64,000 bases of DNA from Chloroflexota bacterium (GTDB taxonomy: Bacteria > Chloroflexota > Dehalococcoidia > Lucifugimonadales > JADFKI01). Location: NCBI GenBank assembly GCA_027623195.1, contig JAQBUT010000002.1, positions 96,001 through 160,000 of the forward strand, given 5' to 3'. Positions 47,885-56,471 of this stretch are shown here, piece after piece. The translations under genes were made by a program, and so were the position numbers. The notes under the pieces are model-generated. The model was not told the origin of the DNA and made no database searches. It saw only the letters and a program-made list of their open reading frames with translations. The first letter of the stretch is position 1; each line of letters starts with the position of its first letter.

Positions 47885-48274
47885 TTACGCCTGGTGCTTA
47901 CGAGCCCTAAGCTCCGGAAGCGCCGCCGCCATCGTGTTGGCCCTTAGCCTCACGTTCTTAAGAATGTTTACGAAGGCAAAGCCGAACCCTGCTATGAACA
48001 TGGAAATGCCCAGGAATGCGAAGGGCAGCACCCAGTCCCTAACCGCTTCGATGCTTCCTAACTGTGACAGCAGTCCTGTGCCGGCCTCTGCGGCGTCACG
48101 GACCGCCTTGCTGTTGGAGTAATAGTCCCCCGTCATGATCGCCAGGACAATCCAGACGACCGCAGCGATCATCACTGTCATAGCCGCGCCGAACCAGAAG
48201 ACCGCTGCTGTCTTGATTAATGGGGACGTTCGCTTCGCCTCGCTACGTAGTTCATCGTTATTTTTGGTGGTCAA
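47885..48274 (-). CDS. Hypothetical membrane protein, single copy of the same repeat
   Basis: DYYSNSKAVRDAAEAGTGLL...IEAVRDWVLPFAFLG; AAGGAG RBS. Confidence 0.8.
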   Translation of the reverse strand: MTTKNNDELRSEAKRTSPLIKTAAVFWFGAAMTVMIAAVVWIVLAIMTGDYYSNSKAVRDAAEAGTGLLSQLGSIEAVRDWVLPFAFLGISMFIAGFGFAFVNILKNVRLRANTMAAALPELRARKHQA

Positions 48275-48679
48275 ATTGTTCTCCTTTCTTTCCTATAACC
48301 AGGTCCCTCTAGAAATCAGCGCCGGTCTGCCCTTCTGTAGATCCCTCCGAGCAAGCCGTTCGTGTTGGCGCTGTTAATTGTTTCGATGTCGTTGACGTGC
48401 CATTAGTTTGGTAGTCTTATATACAAAAGGCCCAACTTAGTGGAATCCGCCACGGCCTCAACCTCCTCGGGTACTTGTTGCATCACAAAGACAGCGAAAC
48501 TCGTATTCGAATCCATTTGTTTAAAGGCCTTCGCATGGCGTAATGTTCTTCGAAAGGTTCCCGACCATGGATTGGTTACGCGCAAACCGGCACCCAGGGC
48601 AGAATCGGTACGAAGAGCTAGGCCACCGATCGCGTCTTGATTTGGAATGCCAGGAGTAAAGAGAGGACTGAGAATGAAC

Positions 48680-49888
48680 ATGTCTGAACCCAGCATCACT
48701 GTCTATGGAGCACCCTGGTGCCCGGACTGCAAAAGAGCGAAGCAATTTCTCGGCGAACAGCGCATCCCCTATAACTGGGTGGACATCGATCAGGATGAGG
48801 AGGGGCGCCAACGGGTCCAGGAGGTCAACGACGGCAAGCAGATCATCCCTACTATCGTATTTGAGGACGGTTCGTTGCTCGTGGAGCCTACTAACGCGGA
48901 GCTTGCGGCCAAGTTGGGCATTGAGGCCAAGGCAACGAGGAACTTTTACGATCTCATCGTAGTCGGTGGCGGCCCTGCCGGACTTTCCACTGCGCTGTAC
49001 GCAGCCCGCGAGGGCATAGAGACCTTGATTATAGAGCGCAGCGCTGTTGGTGGTCAGGCGGGTGTCACCGAGCGCATAGACAACTATCTGGGCTTTTCGG
49101 ACGGCATAGAGGGCGCGGAGCTTGCTAACCAGATGCGCCTCCATGCCGAGCGATTCGGAGCGGAGATCCTTCAGGCACAGAGCGTCACGAGCCTGAGCGC
49201 CATGGGCGACTATCGTCTGGTCACCACGGAATCGGGAGACGAGTACTGCGCAAGGGCCGTACTGTTGGCTGTGGGAACCCGTTATCGAAGGCTCAACGTA
49301 CCCGGCGAGGAGGACTTCATCGGCGCGGGCGTCCACTTTTGCGCCACATGCGACGGCCCCTTTTACAAGGGACAGGACATGCTGGTAGTTGGCGGAGGCA
49401 ACAGCGGCGTCGAGGAGGGTATCTTCCTCACGAAATTCGCGAACAAGGTCACGGTTTTAGAGCGGGGAGACCGCCTGGGCGCAAGCCAGGTGTTGCAGGA
49501 CATGGCCGCCACCAACCCCAAGATAGAAATACGCACTTCCACTGTCGTAGAGGAGTTTCTCGGCAATGGCCGGCTTAGTGGGGTTAAGGTGAAGAACTTG
49601 GAGACGGGACAAACCGAGGTGATGCATCCTGGCGGGGTGTTCGTCTTCATCGGCCTAGACCCCAACACCGCATTCCTGAAGGGCACCGTGGACCTGGACC
49701 AGTACGGATTCCTAAAGACGTATGACAACATGCAGACCAGCATGGACGGCGTATTCGCGTCGGGCGACTCTCGCGCGGGCAGCACCAAGCAGGTGGCCAG
49801 CGCGGTAGGCGAGGGAGCCGCTGCCGCCCTCATGATTCGGCAGTATCTGGAAAAGTTCGAAGGCAACAGAGGCTACAAGGGAGACTAG
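48680..49888 (+). CDS. Glutaredoxin/NrdH-like domain fused to thioredoxin reductase
   Basis: N-terminal WCPDC...IPTIVF, then GGGPAG, CATCDG, GGGNSG and FASGD. Start at ATG 48680 or 48674. Confidence 0.9.
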   Translation: MSEPSITVYGAPWCPDCKRAKQFLGEQRIPYNWVDIDQDEEGRQRVQEVNDGKQIIPTIVFEDGSLLVEPTNAELAAKLGIEAKATRNFYDLIVVGGGPAGLSTALYAAREGIETLIIERSAVGGQAGVTERIDNYLGFSDGIEGAELANQMRLHAERFGAEILQAQSVTSLSAMGDYRLVTTESGDEYCARAVLLAVGTRYRRLNVPGEEDFIGAGVHFCATCDGPFYKGQDMLVVGGGNSGVEEGIFLTKFANKVTVLERGDRLGASQVLQDMAATNPKIEIRTSTVVEEFLGNGRLSGVKVKNLETGQTEVMHPGGVFVFIGLDPNTAFLKGTVDLDQYGFLKTYDNMQTSMDGVFASGDSRAGSTKQVASAVGEGAAAALMIRQYLEKFEGNRGYKGD

Positions 49889-50157
49889 TGGTGGAGCGAA
49901 CGTTGGGCGTGCTTAAGGTCTTTGTTATCCAGGGGTGTCTGGGCTGCAAACGGGCGATGGAGTTGGCTAACTGGGTCAGGGGAATCAACCCTCGCCTGGT
50001 AGTTGAGATTATCGATCTCGCATTGAGTCCTAATGCGGGCCGCAACCTGGTCTTCGCGGTGCCGACGTACGTATACGATAATTCGCCTGTTTTCATAGGA
50101 AACCCCAGCCAGGGGCAGTTGAAGGCCTGGTTGGACGAGCTTGAAAAGGGAATCTGA
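49888..50157 (+). CDS. Small thioredoxin-fold protein
   Basis: CLGC motif, cis-Pro motif AVPTY and GNP; overlaps the upstream stop. Confidence 0.75.
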   Translation: MVERTLGVLKVFVIQGCLGCKRAMELANWVRGINPRLVVEIIDLALSPNAGRNLVFAVPTYVYDNSPVFIGNPSQGQLKAWLDELEKGI

Positions 50158-50165
50158 GGCACAAC

Positions 50166-50894
50166 TTGTGGTCTTCTTTTAACGGGCGCAAAAAGCAGCC
50201 TTCCATGCAGGAGCTTGAACTGGAGGAGTCCAGCAAGCTAGAGCTGTTCAGCGCAATGGATATCTTGCAGGACCTTCCGAAAAGTGAGATGGAGGCGCTA
50301 ATGAACAGCACTCCCATGCACACTGCCAAAAAGGGAACGGAGTTCTACGGGTCCGATGGTCCGGAGGTGCTGTTCCTCCTCAAATCTGGCAAGGTCGAGA
50401 TGTTCCGCCGGTCCATGGATGGCAAACGTCTGACCCTGGCTATTATAGGGCCCGGCACAGTTTTCGGTGAAATGTCATTGATCGGCCAACGCATGGTTGG
50501 CACCTGCGCAAGGGCTATAGAAGACAGCGTAATTTGCGCGCTGAGCCGCTCCGATGTCGAGACGCTCATGTCAGAGCGACCACAGGTGGCGCTGCGAATC
50601 ATTGCGGTGCTGGCAGGCAGGCTCCAGCAGACGAGGGACGCGCTAGAGGAGATGGTATTCAGCGATGTCACGGGCCGGGTATCGAGCCTTCTGCTCAGGA
50701 TGGCCGACGACCACGACGTGATCGAGGGTTACTCTCACCAGGACCTGGCCTCGATGGTCGGCTGCCTGCGCGAAAGCTTCACGGCAGTCATTGATCGGTT
50801 CAAGGAGAGCGAGGCGCTGGTAACCGGTCGAAGGCGCATTGAGATAACCGACCGCACTCAATTGGAGCGAGTGGTCAGTCAGCGAATGGCCTGA
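50166..50894 (+). CDS. Crp/Fnr-family transcriptional regulator
   Basis: cNMP-binding fold (SGKV...GPGTVFGEMSL) and HTH (SHQDLASMVGCLRES). Start may instead be 50205. Confidence 0.92.
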   Translation: MWSSFNGRKKQPSMQELELEESSKLELFSAMDILQDLPKSEMEALMNSTPMHTAKKGTEFYGSDGPEVLFLLKSGKVEMFRRSMDGKRLTLAIIGPGTVFGEMSLIGQRMVGTCARAIEDSVICALSRSDVETLMSERPQVALRIIAVLAGRLQQTRDALEEMVFSDVTGRVSSLLLRMADDHDVIEGYSHQDLASMVGCLRESFTAVIDRFKESEALVTGRRRIEITDRTQLERVVSQRMA

Positions 50895-51009
50895 ACTGCT
50901 TTCAAATTGTCGAACGCAATGTAATCCGTCTTATTCGTTTGTACTTCGCCTATAGTTCCGGTGGTGATCAACATTCTTGATACAATTTAATTCAAGGGCC
51001 TCCGGTCAA

Positions 51010-51116
51010 TGTCATTCCGAGTCCGTCGCAACGGGCGAGGAATCTGAAGCGCGTCGACTATGAGGAAAGCATCGGTCTTAGATTCCTCTTTGCGCTTCGC
51101 TCCACTCGGAATGACA
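51010..51116. repeat. MITE/REP-like nested palindrome, family B
   Basis: 13-bp terminal inverted repeat TGTCATTCCGAGT/ACTCGGAATGACA plus inner GAGGAATCT/AGATTCCTC. Confidence 0.8.
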
Positions 51117-51195
51117 AACCACTATCGTCTCTGAGTCCTGAGTGAAGTGAATATTTATCGTTCTACTGACCTAAATGGTTCCCCTTACACACGTC

Positions 51196-52851
51196 CTACC
51201 CCGCGACCCACCTGCCGTAGACCGGGAACTGGCTGCAGATGAACTCAATGTAGGAAGGCTGGCCCGATTCGTTCGCCTTTAGGGCGCGTTCCAATGCAGG
51301 GATAATCTCGGACGGCTCACTGACACGCTCCGTGTATAGCCCTAGTCCCGCGATGACTTTGGACATGTCCACATCATCGTAGCCCTGCACAACGTGGGTG
51401 TAAGGATCGTGTCCCTCTCCCCAGAACCCAGGGCCGTAACCCGAAAAACCGCCGTTGCTGATGTGTACGATGGTGATCCCCAGCTTCTGGCGAACCGGTA
51501 CCTCAAGGTTGCCCAACATGTATCCCAGACCGGCCTCACCGGTGACCCCGACGCACTGCCTTTCCGGGAATGCCAACTTGGCAGCTATGGTGGCGGCCAG
51601 GCTGAATCCCAGCGTGGAGACATTGCCCCAACCCAGGAAGCCTCTAGGCATTAACGTGTCATACACGGTGCTCAACTGATCGCGGGTGTTGCCCGACTCG
51701 TGTGTGACGAACGAGTTGAGAGGGTCCAGCACCTTCATCAGGTCGCCATAGACACGGTATGGGTTCATCGGCGTATCTTCAGATACCATCGCCTCTCGGT
51801 ACTGCGCAAGCCCGGAATCTCGCACCGACTTGACCTCGGCAGCGACATTTCCCGCGGCCCTACCTGCGCCGGAAGTTCTGGAAGATGTCTCGCTAATTAG
51901 CGCTTGAAGTGTGAATCGTGCGTCCCCGATGATGGCGTGGGCAGTCGGATATATCTTGTTGACATGCAGCTCGTTCACGTTGCAGTGAATGATGGTCTTG
52001 CCGGCAGCGTCTGGTATTCCGTGGCTGAATCGACCGGGCGAAACGCTGGACCCGATGGCCAGTATGAGATCGCTCTTCTCCAGGTAGTGGGCCGTATGAT
52101 CACCGCGCACGCCAACGAATAGCGGATGGTTTTCGGGGAAGGCGCCTTTGGCCTTCAGCGTTGTGATGACAGGCGTATTTACCAGCTCTGCAAAGGATTT
52201 CAATTCTGCCGACGCGCCTGCGTATATGACGCCCTCACCGGCGTAGATGAGCGGGTTTTGGGCTGCGAGTATCATGTCCACCGCCGAGGCAACGTCTGCC
52301 GGGTCCGGTGCCGACTTCCAGCCCTTCACTGGCTTGTAAGGGTCGGCTGTCTCATCGTAGGTGCCTGTGGGGTCGGGAACGGCCAGAACTACAGGCCCGG
52401 GGCTACCGCTTCGTAGCATGGTGAACGCCCGGCGCATGAACTCCGGTGTGCGCTCCGGCTTGTCGATGTAGCCGTACCACTTCGACACTGACTTTAGGCT
52501 GGATGTGACGTCGAATTGGCTGTTCTCTGATGCTCCAATTGGTACGCCGTCGGTTATGCAGAGGATAGGTGAACCGTCCTCAAATGCCTGGGCCAGACCG
52601 GCGTAGGAATACTGGATACCGGCTGCGTTAACGCCGCCCTGAACGGTGCAGACGCCGATGCGCTGGCCTGCCGTTATGCGAGAAAAGCCGTCGGCAACGG
52701 CAATGGCATAGCGGTCGTCCCTCATCATAATCATCGGAACATTTTCACGTCCGAGAGCGTTGTTTACTCTGCAAACCGGGAAGGTGGAAACCCATTCGAC
52801 CCCCTCTTGCTTGAGGATCCGTGCGATTGAACTGGCTACATCGATAGTCAT
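51196..52851 (-). CDS. Thiamine pyrophosphate-dependent enzyme (acetolactate synthase-like fold)
   Basis: AVADGFSR, PGPVVL, central FAD-binding region and variant TPP motif TGEAG...NGG. Confidence 0.88.
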   Translation of the reverse strand: MTIDVASSIARILKQEGVEWVSTFPVCRVNNALGRENVPMIMMRDDRYAIAVADGFSRITAGQRIGVCTVQGGVNAAGIQYSYAGLAQAFEDGSPILCITDGVPIGASENSQFDVTSSLKSVSKWYGYIDKPERTPEFMRRAFTMLRSGSPGPVVLAVPDPTGTYDETADPYKPVKGWKSAPDPADVASAVDMILAAQNPLIYAGEGVIYAGASAELKSFAELVNTPVITTLKAKGAFPENHPLFVGVRGDHTAHYLEKSDLILAIGSSVSPGRFSHGIPDAAGKTIIHCNVNELHVNKIYPTAHAIIGDARFTLQALISETSSRTSGAGRAAGNVAAEVKSVRDSGLAQYREAMVSEDTPMNPYRVYGDLMKVLDPLNSFVTHESGNTRDQLSTVYDTLMPRGFLGWGNVSTLGFSLAATIAAKLAFPERQCVGVTGEAGLGYMLGNLEVPVRQKLGITIVHISNGGFSGYGPGFWGEGHDPYTHVVQGYDDVDMSKVIAGLGLYTERVSEPSEIIPALERALKANESGQPSYIEFICSQFPVYGRWVAG

Positions 52852-53038
52852 AAATCATTCCTCTCATGTGATGGAGATTTTGTTCACCTTGAAATTCGAC
52901 CCTACTTTACCATTTTGTGGCGGTTAGGTCATTGTCTAGGCATTCTGGGAAGAGATGGGCTGTTATCGTAGAGGCTTCTTCCTTGGCTAGATGCTAGAAA
53001 AGCATACCCTTTAACAAGGGCATATGGAGCGTGGAGGG

Positions 53039-53707
53039 TTAATCTTCCGAAGGAAGAATGCCTTTGGCGATCTTGTCTTGGACTAGCCGTTCAACGTCAA
53101 TTGCGGCATCAGATAGGCCTCCGCCGGGGAATCGTAACGCCCATTTGAACACGCCCGCTATCTCACCCGCAGTGCCTCTCAGGATAGATGGCTCGGCCTT
53201 TACCTGATCCAGCGCTTCGACCGACGCAGAAGCGATGCGCCTGTACAGCCGGTCCGTAACGGCCTGGAGATCGTCGCCTCCGGCTCTCTCCTCCTGATAC
53301 CACTGCATAGCGTTGAACTGTAGCTTTTGCGTGCGAGGGTAGAAGGAGGCCATGAGATTCCAATCGTCGTTTTCGCCGTCCTGGTCTCCGCTTCGACGAA
53401 AGTCCGACCTCAGGATCACGCATGGAGTGTCCAGCATTTTCGCGTACATGAACTCCACCACGGTGCCGGAGTCTAACTCCGTGCCGTCGAAGTTGAAGAT
53501 AGCAAGATCACACTCCATCAGCGTTTTCAGGTCTTGATTACGTATCTGTGCCGCCCGAGCGGAAGTCTGCTCCAGGTCTTGGGGCAGGACGCATCGATAC
53601 TTGCCATTAGAAACTTGCTCAATATGTGAAGCTAGCAGTGCGTTGCCGATGAGGTCTTTGTGGTCGAAAAGCTCCCCGGCGAAGTAGATTGTGTATTCGG
53701 TGGTCAT
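53039..53707 (-). CDS. Nucleoside 2-deoxyribosyltransferase family protein
   Basis: IYFAGELF, LPQ, DG.ELDSGTVVE, SDFR and WNLM. Confidence 0.85.
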   Translation of the reverse strand: MTTEYTIYFAGELFDHKDLIGNALLASHIEQVSNGKYRCVLPQDLEQTSARAAQIRNQDLKTLMECDLAIFNFDGTELDSGTVVEFMYAKMLDTPCVILRSDFRRSGDQDGENDDWNLMASFYPRTQKLQFNAMQWYQEERAGGDDLQAVTDRLYRRIASASVEALDQVKAEPSILRGTAGEIAGVFKWALRFPGGGLSDAAIDVERLVQDKIAKGILPSED

Positions 53708-53743
53708 GTTTTCCCCTTTGGGCCTGCCAATTTTGGATTAAGC

Positions 53744-55159
53744 CTACGGTTTATCCCTCACCCACCGTGGCCAGTAGGTGATCGAGACCAGTGCTGCCAC
53801 GGCCGCTAGTATAGCTGCGATCAGGTAGGTATCGCTGAAGGCCAGCACGAAGGCCTCTGCCTCTTGTCCAACGGACGAAGTGTGGAAAGCCAGCCTGCCG
53901 GCGAACACTGCGCTCATGATGGCCACGCTGGAAACTGTGCCTAAGCCGCGCGACAGCGCCAGAATCGCCCCTCCGGTGCCCAGCCTGTCTGCGGATACGG
54001 TCCCCATTATCAGCGTGGCGCTGGACGCCTGAAATAGGCCTATGCCGACCCCGGTGGCGGCCATTCGTAGGGCCACGTCCGCCACTGACGAATTAGAGTT
54101 CAGTTGCGTGAACCACAGCGTCGAGAGAGACGACACAAGCAGTGCCACTGTGATTATGTATGCTGGCGGCATACGATCGGAGAGCCAACCACCTACAGGG
54201 GCTGTGACCGCTCCCATGGCAGTCATGAGCATTAGCAGAATGCCAAGCGTCTTGGCGTCGGCCCCCAACGTGTCCGAGACGTAGAACGGCAATATGAACC
54301 AGTTCACGAAGGTGGCCAGGAACATCAAGAACGATGCGATCATGGCGGGAGCCAGCACTCGATGTCGTAGAAGCGATAGGTCTAGAACAGGACTTTCTGT
54401 GTGACGTTCGAAGTATGCAAAAGTACTCAGCCCGACCAAGGAAAGCAGGGCCAGACCAAGCACTTGTGGCGTCAACCAGCCTGTGCGCCCGCCCAGGGTA
54501 AGGAACAGGATCAACGAGCCCAGGCCGACAAAGAGCGCAACGCCTCCCCGGAAGTCAAAAGCGTTGCTAATGGAGGCTTGGCGCGGCTCACGTAGCACAA
54601 TGAATGCCAGAACTATGGCAATAAGCGCTAAGGGCACACGTGCCAGGAATATGGCCCGCCAGCCGAAGGCGTCGACTAGCACGCCGCCCGCCGAGGCGCC
54701 CGTTATCAGTCCCAGTGTGGCTATACCGGCCATCAGGCCCAGACCTCGACCGCGCTCTTCGCGAGGGAATATGCTTGTCACCAGAGCAGGCACGGAGGCC
54801 AATATCAGGCCGTTCCCGACCGCCTGCAACACGCGAAGGCCGAATACCATCGACAGATTTGGGGCGAGACCGATAAGCAACACGGCCATGGTGTAGATGC
54901 CGAGGCCAATGATGTAAAAGCGTTTGAGGCCGTACTTGTCTGCGGCGCTGCCAAGACTAAGCTGCATGCCTGCGGTGCTTCCAACGTAAAAGACGATGAT
55001 CCATTGGATTGTGCGTAGGTCGGTGCCGAGGTCGCGGGTAATATCTGGAAGGGCCACGTTGACGGTGATGTCCAGAGCGCCCAGAAAAAGGCCATAGGAT
55101 GCCGCGACAAGGCCAAGCCATTTGTAGGCGTTGCCTGTTGCGTCTATAGAGAGTGACAT
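53744..55159 (-). CDS. MFS transporter (DHA2/EmrB-like)
   Basis: LDITVNVALP, FGWRAIF and many TM segments. Confidence 0.9.
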   Translation of the reverse strand: MSLSIDATGNAYKWLGLVAASYGLFLGALDITVNVALPDITRDLGTDLRTIQWIIVFYVGSTAGMQLSLGSAADKYGLKRFYIIGLGIYTMAVLLIGLAPNLSMVFGLRVLQAVGNGLILASVPALVTSIFPREERGRGLGLMAGIATLGLITGASAGGVLVDAFGWRAIFLARVPLALIAIVLAFIVLREPRQASISNAFDFRGGVALFVGLGSLILFLTLGGRTGWLTPQVLGLALLSLVGLSTFAYFERHTESPVLDLSLLRHRVLAPAMIASFLMFLATFVNWFILPFYVSDTLGADAKTLGILLMLMTAMGAVTAPVGGWLSDRMPPAYIITVALLVSSLSTLWFTQLNSNSSVADVALRMAATGVGIGLFQASSATLIMGTVSADRLGTGGAILALSRGLGTVSSVAIMSAVFAGRLAFHTSSVGQEAEAFVLAFSDTYLIAAILAAVAALVSITYWPRWVRDKP

Positions 55160-55175
55160 GCTGGAGAAATGAGAA

Positions 55176-55613
55176 CTACTCCTTGCCTATGTCCTGGTTC
55201 CATTGCGAAGGATTGGCTTCAATGAAATCTCTCATGAGCTTCTTGGCCTCATCCAGGTCCATGTCGATGACTTCGATGCCGTGCCGCTCCATCAGCTCGC
55301 GGCCCTCGTCGAAGGTCTCGGATTCCCCTGCGTACACTTTGGTGATGCCGAACTGAATGATAGCCCCGGCGCACATGTGGCAAGGCATCAGCGTGGAGTA
55401 GATGGTCATGCCATTAAAGCTGTCGATGGTCTTGCCTGCGTTATTCAGGCAGTTGATCTCCCCGTGCATTACGGGGGCAGAGTCCTGGATGCGTCGGTTG
55501 TGGCCCACTGCAACGATCTTGTCGTCGTCCACCAACACCGCTCCTATGGGTATGCCGCCCTCTGCTGCCCCTCGTATAGCCTCGTCCAGGGCCGCTCTCA
55601 TGAACTCGTCCAT
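55176..55613 (-). CDS. Zinc-dependent nucleobase/nucleoside deaminase (cytosine deaminase-like)
   Basis: EGGIPIGA, HGE, PCHMC and terminal WNQDIG. Confidence 0.9.
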   Translation of the reverse strand: MDEFMRAALDEAIRGAAEGGIPIGAVLVDDDKIVAVGHNRRIQDSAPVMHGEINCLNNAGKTIDSFNGMTIYSTLMPCHMCAGAIIQFGITKVYAGESETFDEGRELMERHGIEVIDMDLDEAKKLMRDFIEANPSQWNQDIGKE

Positions 55614-55900
55614 TTTCTCTCCCAGAGATGATGTACACGGTTGTGCATTGTAGGGCGAATACCCTAATTAAGAAAGAAGCCCAGGTGAAGTAGTCTCCTG
55701 GGTCTCACTTATACACGAGTTAGGTCTCCCTGCGGCTAGCGGACGGTCAATGATACAAGTGCCATTTATCTTGGCCCGGCGCGAATACATTAGCCGTTTG
55801 CCGCGGTTACTACTAATTCGCCGTACATGCCTCGAAGGACAGCCAGATTATATTGGGGGGCCGATTTCGATGTAAAATAAGTCAGGAGCGAGAGTGAGGA

Positions 55901-56350
55901 ATGCTTAGATATACACGGCCGACCCAGTCCGATGAACCGCCGGGAAGGCACGTTCTGGTATACGACCGTGACTGCGCCTTCTGCCTCTGGAGCGCTAACT
56001 TTATTCGCGGGCGTTCCCGAATCGAGATCACCCTTGTGCCATCGGTGGAAGTGGACCGCAGGCTTGTCTTGAACTCGTTGGATGATGACCAGTTCCAGTG
56101 GAGCGCCCATTACATTACCCCGGATGGCAGGGAGTATCATGGCGGCGAATGCATCACGCGCTCGGTGAGGCTCATGCGAGGAGGCTTTTTGGTCAGGCCT
56201 CTGGACTTTTGGGGAATCTCACTGTTCCGCGAACTGAGCTACGCTATCATCGCTAAGAATCGCCCTTTCTTATCCAGAGTGACCCGGCGGCTGTCGAGAA
56301 GCTCCTGCGGTCCGATCTGTACGCCCGGTCCGCCGAACGATTTCAACTAG
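55901..56350 (+). CDS. DCC1-like thiol-disulfide oxidoreductase family (DUF393)
   Basis: LVYDRDCAFC and Y..IAKNR. Confidence 0.75.
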   Translation: MLRYTRPTQSDEPPGRHVLVYDRDCAFCLWSANFIRGRSRIEITLVPSVEVDRRLVLNSLDDDQFQWSAHYITPDGREYHGGECITRSVRLMRGGFLVRPLDFWGISLFRELSYAIIAKNRPFLSRVTRRLSRSSCGPICTPGPPNDFN

Positions 56351-56471
56351 CCAACGGCTTAAATCCACCAGCCTCTGCCGCCAGTCCTAAACTTCCTCGG
56401 TTCCAGACCTGTGAAAAAATAGACGTGGATCTGGGTCCCTTGCCCGCCCCTTCTTCGATGTTATGCCGAAA

